A DNA stretch of 32,000 nt from Candidatus Iainarchaeum sp. GTDB taxonomy: Archaea; Iainarchaeota; Iainarchaeia; Iainarchaeales; VGJJ01. The stretch spans positions 240,001 through 272,000 of the forward strand of contig JAUYHT010000002.1 of NCBI GenBank assembly GCA_030688545.1, given 5' to 3'. Shown here piece after piece: positions 24,408 to 31,098 of this stretch (its first letter is position 1; each line of letters begins with the position of its first letter). The notes beneath the pieces were generated by a model. It was not told the DNA's origin. It did not search any database and was given only the letters and a program-made list of their open reading frames with translations. The translations under genes and the position numbers were made by a program.

Positions 24408-26156
24408 ATGCCCCCCGAAACCCTCCCCACATGGGATTTGAAAACCCTTTTTTTGAATGACACTAAACTTGAGGAAGCCATCTCGGAACTTAGGAAAGAA
24501 GGCCGGGAATTCCAGAAATACCGAAATATGCTCCCGAAGGCAACCCCCGCGCTGATAGAGGAGATCCTCCGGAGGAAAGAACGGATGTCCACTATTGGCA
24601 GCCGTATTGGGGGGTACAGCAATATGCTGTTTTCGACCAACACGACAGATGAAAAGGTCAAGGCCCTCGAATCCCGTTTATCCCTCATGGGGGCGGAAGT
24701 TGGAAATCAGACCATGTTCTTCGGGTTGTGGTGGATGGGATTGCCTAAAGAAAAGGCCCAGGCGCTGTTGCCCAAAAATCCCGAATACCGTCACACCCTC
24801 CTGGAGATGCGCAAGTTCTCCCCACACATGCTTAGCGAGAAGGAAGAACAACTGGCCAACCTCAAAGATACCACGGGAGAAGAAGCATTAGTGAAGCTCT
24901 ATGACATCATCACCAATGAATTCACGTTTCCTTGGGAAAAGGAAGGGAAAACCGTGATGGTTCCTGAAGAGGAAATCCGCGCTTACATCAAACACCCTAA
25001 TCCAAAATATCGGGTGAGGGCCTATCAGCGGCTGTGGGAAACCTATGGCGCTCATAACCCGGTGCTGGGAGAAATTTATAGAAACCTCGTCCTGGATGTA
25101 TGGAATGAGAATGTGGGGTTGAGGAAATACGAACGCCCCATCAGCGCCCGCAACCTGGGAAACAACCTCACGGACAAGATGGTGGATACCTTCCTGGGGG
25201 TGTGCCGGAAAAATACTAAAATATTCCAGGATTATTTCCAATGGAAAACAAAAGAATTAGGAGTAGACTACTCCCGTTATCATATTTATGCGCCCCTCCC
25301 CCAACCGGAGAAAAAATGGGGATTCGAGGAGGGCTATAAACACGTCATGGCGGCCTACCGCGGTTTCTCTCCCCGCATGGAAAAAGAAGCGCACCGCGTT
25401 CTAACCCAAAATCGAATGGATGTCCCCATCCGAAAGGGAAAACGGGGAGGCGCGTATTGCGCCGGCATTACTCCAGAGGAAACCAGTTTTGTCCTCCTGA
25501 ATTGGGCAGGGAATTATACCGATGTCTCCACCCTCGCCCACGAATTGGGTCACGCAGTGCACAATCACCTTTCCTCCTCCCACAGTATTCTCAACCATCA
25601 TGCCCCCCTTCCATTGGCAGAAACCGCCTCCACCTTTGGAGAAATGCTTTTGGCGGATAGGATGATGGAACAGAATAAGGAGGAAGGATTCACTCGCTAT
25701 ATGCTCGCGCACCAGGTGGACGACGCCTATGCTTCCATCCCCCGACAGGCCTTTTTCAGCCTATTCGAGATGGAAGCCTTTGACTTGATACGGGAGGGGA
25801 AGACCATCCCGGATATTCATGACGCCTATAAGAAAAACCTGCAGGAACAATTGGGAAGCATGCACCTCCCTGAAAACGTGTCGAATGAATGGACGATGAT
25901 CCAGCATTTCTTTCATTACCCTTTCTATGTGTACGCGTACGCCTTCGGACAATTGCTCGTGTACGCGCTCTGGGAAATGTACCAGGAGGAAGGAAAATCC
26001 TTCGTCCCGCGATATGAAACATTCCTATCCTATGGCGGGAGCGAGGACCCGGAAAAAATGCTCCTCGAAATAGGATTCGACCCCAACAAAAAGGCGAGCT
26101 GGCAGAAAGGATTCGACCTATTGGAAGCCAAAGTGAAAAAGCTGAAGGCGCTCTAA
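24408..26156 (+). CDS. pepF: Oligoendopeptidase F (M3B metallopeptidase)
   Basis: 582-aa ORF with the HExxH zinc site HELGHAVH. Length and flanking motifs are typical of PepF. Confidence 0.9.
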   Translation: MPPETLPTWDLKTLFLNDTKLEEAISELRKEGREFQKYRNMLPKATPALIEEILRRKERMSTIGSRIGGYSNMLFSTNTTDEKVKALESRLSLMGAEVGNQTMFFGLWWMGLPKEKAQALLPKNPEYRHTLLEMRKFSPHMLSEKEEQLANLKDTTGEEALVKLYDIITNEFTFPWEKEGKTVMVPEEEIRAYIKHPNPKYRVRAYQRLWETYGAHNPVLGEIYRNLVLDVWNENVGLRKYERPISARNLGNNLTDKMVDTFLGVCRKNTKIFQDYFQWKTKELGVDYSRYHIYAPLPQPEKKWGFEEGYKHVMAAYRGFSPRMEKEAHRVLTQNRMDVPIRKGKRGGAYCAGITPEETSFVLLNWAGNYTDVSTLAHELGHAVHNHLSSSHSILNHHAPLPLAETASTFGEMLLADRMMEQNKEEGFTRYMLAHQVDDAYASIPRQAFFSLFEMEAFDLIREGKTIPDIHDAYKKNLQEQLGSMHLPENVSNEWTMIQHFFHYPFYVYAYAFGQLLVYALWEMYQEEGKSFVPRYETFLSYGGSEDPEKMLLEIGFDPNKKASWQKGFDLLEAKVKKLKAL

Positions 26157-26165
26157 CTCCAAACC

Positions 26166-26296
26166 AAACTTTTTTAGAAAAAAAGTTTGATCAAAAGAAA
26201 CTTTTTAAAAAAAAGTTTCATCAAAAAACGAACCTTTTTTAGGAAAAAAAGTTTCATCAAAAGAAACTTTTTAGAAAAAAGTTTCATCAAAAAAAC
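26166..26296. repeat. Four tandem ~32-33-nt units, each an AAACTTTTT-loop-AAAAAGTTT hairpin followed by (G/C)ATCAAAA
   Basis: Hairpins lie at 26166-26188, 26198-26218, 26231-26254 and 26264-26284, between convergent pepF and the 26342 methyltransferase. There are oligo-T runs on both strands. Confidence 0.85.
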
Positions 26297-26341
26297 AAAT
26301 ATATAGGTTTTTGCTTGGCCTTTTAGGGAAGGAAACCTTTT

Positions 26342-26962
26342 TCACCCCGGGCGCTTGCGAAAGAGATAATTGAGGTACACTTTCCCATCAGGGACGACCG
26401 CGGTTTTCCCTTCGAGTACGTCAAATCGTTGGTTGAAAAGGGAACGGGCTTCCGCATCCGTGAAGAAGCTGTACCAGCGCTTCACTCCCGGCATAAGAGG
26501 GACCTCGATGAATTTTTCGCCGTACCCACCGAAGAAGGCCACCCCTAACAAACCGCCGCCTTTCAACATATCACTAATATTTCGGATGACCTGGGGGATG
26601 TTTTCTTTCTGAATATGGAGAAGGGAGGTGTAGGCCCAAACCCCATCCACTGTATTGGGAGGCATTCGGAATTCCTCGATGTCGGCCAATTGAGTACGCA
26701 CCCCCTTGGCCGCACACCGCTTGAGCATCTCGGGAGAATAATCTACGCACATCACATCCAAACCTTTATGGTAAAAGTATTCCGCATGCGTCCCCGGCCC
26801 CGATCCCAAATCGATGATGGTGCGCCCCCTAAGGTGAGATATGAAGGCATCGGCCAATGGGCGAACGAAATTTCTGAAATGGATTTCCGACTTCTTTTCA
26901 TAAATCTCCGGATACAACTCATAGGCCTGTTTTGTCTCTTCCTTATAGGGTTCCATCCTCAT
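26342..26962 (-). CDS. Class-I SAM-dependent methyltransferase
   Basis: 206-aa ORF with motif I IIDLGSGPGTHAEYF, an acidic residue after beta-2 (VDYS), and motif IV/V-like GVWAYTSLLH...LKGGG. Confidence 0.8.
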   Translation of the reverse strand: MRMEPYKEETKQAYELYPEIYEKKSEIHFRNFVRPLADAFISHLRGRTIIDLGSGPGTHAEYFYHKGLDVMCVDYSPEMLKRCAAKGVRTQLADIEEFRMPPNTVDGVWAYTSLLHIQKENIPQVIRNISDMLKGGGLLGVAFFGGYGEKFIEVPLMPGVKRWYSFFTDAEARSLFNQRFDVLEGKTAVVPDGKVYLNYLFRKRPG

Positions 26963-27012
26963 TTAGACAAGGATACCCTTATTTAAGCCAAAATGGCCAT
27001 TAATGCCTTCAA

Positions 27013-27396
27013 ATGCCATCCGCCGAAAATAGGGAGATCAAGCACATCCTTTATCAATTGTCCTGCCTCCAGGGGATCACCCGATATTTCGTGCTGACTC
27101 CTGAGGATTGCGCCTACGTCCGGGAGCACGAGGACGCCACCAATTTAGGGGTGTTAGAGGCCGTTGGAAGGAAATACTGCGTTTGTGTCATCCATGATTC
27201 CACGTGGCGGGAGCCGACGCAAAAGATTGTGCACCAGGGGAATGGAGAAATTATCTTCCCTCCCGTGGTTTTCCCCGAGGTCCCGGCCAAAAATGTGGTG
27301 TCGTCATCGCCGGGGTTGGGAGTGCATGACTATTTATGCCAGCACATTAAGGTCATTGGCGACGAAGCCACATTGCTCATCGGATTCGACATCTAA
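27013..27396 (+). CDS. Hypothetical protein
   Basis: 127-aa ORF with no recognisable motif. It is followed immediately by a 20-nt perfect palindrome and a T-rich run. Confidence 0.4.
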   Translation: MPSAENREIKHILYQLSCLQGITRYFVLTPEDCAYVREHEDATNLGVLEAVGRKYCVCVIHDSTWREPTQKIVHQGNGEIIFPPVVFPEVPAKNVVSSSPGLGVHDYLCQHIKVIGDEATLLIGFDI

Positions 27397-27526
27397 AAAG
27401 TTCCACGATCGTGGAACTATGGGTGATTATTTTATTTGGATTGGCCTTTTGGAGGGGAAAAATTCTCAACCTTTAAAACGATTGACCCTCTTACCTGGCA
27501 TAGATCCCATATTGGAGGAAATCATC

Positions 27527-27703
27527 ATGACAGGAGAAAAATTCAAGTGTACGGTCTGCGGATTCATTTCGGAGACTCCTGGCGAGCATTGCGGGAAACC
27601 CCTGGAGGCAGTCACGGAAACCCCGGCACCGGCCCCCGAAGCGCCCGCGAGCAATCAGCCACCCTCGGATGAAAATCCTCCGATGCCTAATCTCGGCCAA
27701 TGA
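27527..27703 (+). CDS. Small (58 aa) zinc-ribbon-like protein with a Pro/Ala-rich tail
   Basis: This is the C-terminal part of track ORF 27164..27703. The ATG at 27527 is preceded by GGAGGA 7 nt upstream. It has a CTVCG...HCG cysteine pattern. The upstream part of the long ORF overlaps 27013..27396 out of frame. Confidence 0.5.
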   Translation: MTGEKFKCTVCGFISETPGEHCGKPLEAVTETPAPAPEAPASNQPPSDENPPMPNLGQ

Positions 27704-27721
27704 TCAGCTCCATTTAGAGGG

Positions 27722-27752
27722 AGGGGGTCATTCCCCCTTCTTCTCTTTTTTT
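27722..27752 (+). terminator. Hairpin AGGGGG-tcatt-CCCCCT followed by a T7 run
   Basis: Inverted repeat plus oligo-T about 20 nt after the stop at 27703. Confidence 0.45.
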
Positions 27753-27806
27753 CAAAGCATTAATCATACTCATGTCCCAAAATTCTCTATAGATGTAAAA
27801 AAATCC

Positions 27807-28742
27807 TCAAATCGCGGCCAGTGTCATCTCTTGGACGTGCGACAAATCCTTTCCCGCCATGACCCTCATACGATGGGATTTAATATGCGGAAGGCCGGAG
27901 AGCATGCCAGAAACCTGGGCCTTGATGTCAATTAAATCCGTATTAGGGTGCGCCTGGCAAAGTTGGAAATAGCGCGCCAACAATTCCCGTTTGGAGGGAA
28001 TGGGATTGCCAACGATTTCCCTGAACAATTCAGGGCGGTTCCACGCCGACCGACCGAGCATGACGAGATCGCAATAGCCGTTATCCAGTTTCTCCCGCAC
28101 CCCCTGCGCGGTGCGCACATCCCCATTTCCGATGAGGGGAATGGAAACTAGGGATTTGATGCGCTTAATATATTCCCAATCCGCAGCTCCAGAATAACCC
28201 TGCTGGGCGGTACGCGCATGAAGGGCAATGCCCTGCACTCCCACCTCCTCAATCTTTTTAACAAAGGAATGCAATACTGGCTTATCCCACCCCATGCGCA
28301 TCTTGCAGGTGACCGGTTTTTTAGAAACGGAAACCGCCGCTTTAATGAGCGAAATCAGTTTGTCAGGATCTTTCAACAAATATGCCCCACACCCACCCCC
28401 CGTAATTTTGGGGGAAGGACAACCAAAATTGATATCCACCAAATCGAAATCCTTTTCGACAAAATCGATGGCCGTGCACAAATCCTTTTCCTCGGGGGCG
28501 AACAATTGCACCCCTACTGGGTGTTCCTCCCTCACGGTGCGAATCCGATTAAACACTTTGTTGTTGGAGGCCGTGCCATTCATGTTTCGTGTAATAGCCA
28601 TGGCGGACGCAAACTCCGTGTAAGTTAATCCCGCCCCCAGCTCTTTGCAAAGCAGGCGGAAAGGAAGAGTGGAAACCCCCGACATGGGGGCCAACACGGC
28701 CGGACTTTCAAGGGAGAGGCCGGCGTAGGAAGTGGAGGGCAT
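27807..28742 (-). CDS. tRNA-dihydrouridine synthase (Dus family)
   Basis: 311-aa ORF with the DINFGCPSPKI motif (catalytic Cys region) and a TIM-barrel FMN-binding pattern. A TATA-like CCTTTAAAAGC at 28765-28775 is centred about 28 nt upstream. Confidence 0.87.
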   Translation of the reverse strand: MPSTSYAGLSLESPAVLAPMSGVSTLPFRLLCKELGAGLTYTEFASAMAITRNMNGTASNNKVFNRIRTVREEHPVGVQLFAPEEKDLCTAIDFVEKDFDLVDINFGCPSPKITGGGCGAYLLKDPDKLISLIKAAVSVSKKPVTCKMRMGWDKPVLHSFVKKIEEVGVQGIALHARTAQQGYSGAADWEYIKRIKSLVSIPLIGNGDVRTAQGVREKLDNGYCDLVMLGRSAWNRPELFREIVGNPIPSKRELLARYFQLCQAHPNTDLIDIKAQVSGMLSGLPHIKSHRMRVMAGKDLSHVQEMTLAAI

Positions 28743-28876
28743 ACGATTTGCCCCCGCGGAAGAGCCTTTAAAAGCATTCTTTATGGCAGATTAGAAAGCG
28801 AGATAAGTGTGCGAAGATATGGGTTCCTAGAAAGGAAACCTAACGCTTTTTCGCCATCCTTTTCCGCAAAAAGGTT

Positions 28877-28950
28877 GCACCGGTAGCTTAGCCTGGTAGA
28901 GCACCCGACTGATAATCGGGAGGTCGGAGGTTCAAATCCTCCCCGGTGCA
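28877..28950 (+). tRNA. tRNA-Ile (anticodon GAT)
   Basis: Acceptor GCACCGG/CCGGTGC, D-arm GCTT-AGCCTGGTA-GAGC, anticodon stem CCCGA/TCGGG, loop CTGATAA, T-arm GGAGG-TTCAAAT-CCTCC, discriminator A. It is 74 nt. Confidence 0.92.
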
Positions 28951-29066
28951 TACACCGTTCCATCGGTGTGGTGCGGTATAGAAAGATTGTTTCAACACCC
29001 CTCAGCTGGCCATTTTCTTTGACTGGGCGCTACTTTCTTTTCTTAAAAGAAAGGAGTGCGTTCCCG

Positions 29067-29084
29067 AATCCTCCCCGGTGCATA
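29067..29084 (+). repeat. Second copy of the tRNA-Ile 3' end (AATCCTCCCCGGTGCATA, 18 of 18 identical to 28935-28952)
   Basis: Exact direct repeat. It is preceded by the hairpin CTTTCTTTT-ctt-AAAAGAAAG (29033-29053). Confidence 0.88.
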
Positions 29085-29147
29085 AACAGTTTCGGCTGCT
29101 TGGTGCGAGAGACTGCACCGAGGGGGTTAGGAGAACCCCCACAGACC

Positions 29148-29459
29148 CTACTTTTTTTTCTTCTTCCTCTCTGCATCTTTTTTACGATTAATAGACCGCA
29201 AATCACTTACACTTTGTCTCATGTCATTTGAACTAAAAATGCGTTTAATAGAAGAAGAATCGACATTGTATAACAGACTTAAACCCCTATTTGCACCGAC
29301 AAGATCTACAAACTCTTGGGCTTTCTCCCAACCAACAATTTTGATAAACCTCCAGGCAACTTCATGACCACCAACAATATTGCTTCCGCTAGAAAATTTG
29401 CCATAATCTATTGCTCGCTCAGTATACTCACGTGTTTCACTCCGTATCTTTGCGCTCAC
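29148..29459 (-). CDS. Hypothetical protein (GTG start, Lys-rich C-terminus)
   Basis: 103-aa ORF in low-GC DNA. There is no ATG start and no recognisable motif. It may be a gene remnant. Confidence 0.3.
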   Translation of the reverse strand: MSAKIRSETREYTERAIDYGKFSSGSNIVGGHEVAWRFIKIVGWEKAQEFVDLVGANRGLSLLYNVDSSSIKRIFSSNDMRQSVSDLRSINRKKDAERKKKKK

Positions 29460-29735
29460 TTGTTCACGTCTGGCATCCGCTTAAGGCCTTTCCCTACCCA
29501 AGTGATCCCCTGTACTTCCGGTGTAACCGCTTGTTTCCCGCGAACTGGGGCTGGATCGAAATCGGTGCCTCTTTCCCACCACGTCTGAGAAATCCAATTA
29601 TGTTTTTTTAAGATTACCTAGAACCCTCGGTGGACTAACAGATAACGAGTTCGAGTCCCCTAAACCCGTAGAAACTTCACCATTAAGTATCACCCTCTTC
29701 AGTATTTTTGGATTTGAGTAACAACGGAACTACTA

Positions 29736-29840
29736 TTATCACCACACCCCTAAAGAGAAAAAGTGGTGATAACTCGCCCCTGTAGCGGACCCACCTCACA
29801 AGTTATCACCACATTTTATAAAGTGTTTTGTGGTGATAAC
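29736..29840. promoter_or_regulatory. Two copies of the palindromic operator TTATCACCAC-N17-GTGGTGATAA, the second enclosing the Fic TATA box
   Basis: Half-sites lie at 29736-29745 and 29763-29772, and at 29803-29812 and 29830-29839. Both spacers are exactly 17 nt. The TATA-like TTTTATAAAG (29814-29823) sits in the second spacer, about 26 nt upstream of the ATG at 29845. Confidence 0.65.
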
Positions 29841-29844
29841 ATTT

Positions 29845-30789
29845 ATGGGCTCGATTATTTCCAGGAAAGTAAAAGGAAAGGAATATTTCTACATTGAACA
29901 AACCATCCGCATTGGGAAAAAATACCAGAAAATATCTGTTTATCTCGGAAACCAGAAACCCCTCACGAGCGAGCTGCCAATATTTAAAAAGAAGCTTCAA
30001 AAACGAGTCAACGCGTTTTACTCGAATGAATTATTGAAGCCTGAAACGAGCTATGTTAATATAGCTGCTGCCAAAAAGCTGGAAACGATCAAACAAGAAA
30101 CTAACACATTTATAGAAAATTTAAACAGCATTCAAAAAAAACATTGGATTGAAAGGGAGCGAGAAAGGTTCATCACCAATACAAATGCAATTGAAGGAAG
30201 CACACTCACGCTTAACGAAACACATCGCATACTTAAGTTAGATGAAAAAATAGGAACGGAGAGAGAACGTTTGGAAGTTTTGAATATGGAGAAATGCCTC
30301 CAACGTTATGACCAATACTTGAAAATCAACCAGGAATTAAACGAAAAAATGGTTCTGCAACTCCACTATATCTTATTGGATAAAATTCCTCATTACGATC
30401 AATACAAGGGGATCTGGAGACCGGTTGATGTTGAAATTCGAACAAGCCAATTTGAATTCCCCCATTTTCAATATGTTCCGGGAGAAATGAGGAAATTATT
30501 TGAGTGGTATTATGAAAAGAAAGATCGAATACACCCGCTGGAGTTGGCTGCCGTCTTTCATTGCCAATTTACAACCATTCACCCATTTGCAGATGGAAAT
30601 GGCAGAATCTCACGGCTACTTATGAACTACATCCTTCAATATGCACAGTTTCCTTTCACTAACATCCCTTATTCCAAACAAAAGGAATACTTTGAAACCC
30701 AAGAAAAAGGACATCACTCCCAATACCAACTATTCACTCAATTTCTTATTAAACAATTACAACAAAATTACCGAGAAATCAAAAAGTAG
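29845..30789 (+). CDS. Fic-domain protein (class II, intramolecular inhibitory motif)
   Basis: The Fic motif HPFADGNGRISR is canonical. The N-terminal TNAIEG matches the (S/T)xxxE(G/N) inhibitory helix. I chose the ATG at 29845 over the GTG at 29830. The DNA is low-GC; one line hand-counted at about 33%. Confidence 0.87.
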   Translation: MGSIISRKVKGKEYFYIEQTIRIGKKYQKISVYLGNQKPLTSELPIFKKKLQKRVNAFYSNELLKPETSYVNIAAAKKLETIKQETNTFIENLNSIQKKHWIERERERFITNTNAIEGSTLTLNETHRILKLDEKIGTERERLEVLNMEKCLQRYDQYLKINQELNEKMVLQLHYILLDKIPHYDQYKGIWRPVDVEIRTSQFEFPHFQYVPGEMRKLFEWYYEKKDRIHPLELAAVFHCQFTTIHPFADGNGRISRLLMNYILQYAQFPFTNIPYSKQKEYFETQEKGHHSQYQLFTQFLIKQLQQNYREIKK

Positions 30790-30882
30790 ATAAAACACGC
30801 GAGACGGATTTGAACTGGTTTCCTGAGGGCCTTCGGCGGGCTTTGGGCCGAGCTTTTTCGCAAAAAGGGCAGTATCGACTCA

Positions 30883-30893
30883 TCCCCGGTGCA
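30883..30893 (+). repeat. Degenerate third copy of the tRNA-Ile 3' end (TCCCCGGTGCA)
   Basis: An 11-nt exact match to 28940-28950. Extended, ATCGACTCATCCCCGGTGCA matches the tRNA T-arm/acceptor (TTCAAATCCTCCCCGGTGCA) at about 15 of 20 positions. Confidence 0.5.
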
Positions 30894-31033
30894 CTTTCAC
30901 TTTTAGAAATGACTTCCCCCGGCCTAAAGACTGATAGGGCCATGAAGAAAAATGTCAATTGGCTCGCGCAATTGTTCACCAAACAAGATGAGATGAACAG
31001 TCGCCCTATTTGAGGGGGTTATCTACCTTTTTG

Positions 31034-31060
31034 ATCGAACTTTTTTCTAAAAAGTTCGAT
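31034..31060 (+). terminator. Hairpin with 12-bp stem (ATCGAACTTTTT-tct-AAAAAGTTCGAT), same core as 19609-19633
   Basis: Perfect inverted repeat. The 15-nt core CTTTTTTCTAAAAAG is identical to 19614-19628. Confidence 0.5.
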
Positions 31061-31098
31061 GAACCCTAATAAAGCCTTCTGGCCCAGTAGTATCGTTC

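Larger units (their letters stand above)
28951..30893. mobile_element. Putative tRNA-Ile-targeted insertion(s): a 116-nt hairpin-rich segment plus a low-GC island carrying the unknown ORF and Fic, with no integrase
   Basis: The layout is tRNA 3' end copy, 116 nt, exact copy, about 1.8 kb of low-GC cargo, then a degenerate copy. Confidence 0.45.

Noticed and set aside
26166-26296. Possible CRISPR array
   Set aside because: The units are about 32 nt in total. The variable part is only 9-12 nt of A-rich sequence, and the repeats are AT homopolymer palindromes. There are no cas genes.
27164-27526. Upstream part of the 179-aa ORF 27164..27703
   Set aside because: It overlaps 27013..27396 in another frame and crosses the palindrome and T-run. 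Only the SD-led C-terminal 58 codons look like a gene.
30800-30830. T-loop-like GGATTTGAAC on the minus strand, suggesting a fifth tRNA
   Set aside because: The flanking bases do not pair into a T-stem, and no acceptor or anticodon arms can be drawn.
30779-31013. 67-aa ORFs on both strands downstream of Fic
   Set aside because: They have no start context (TATA or SD) and no motifs. The region is better explained by the repeat and hairpin modules.
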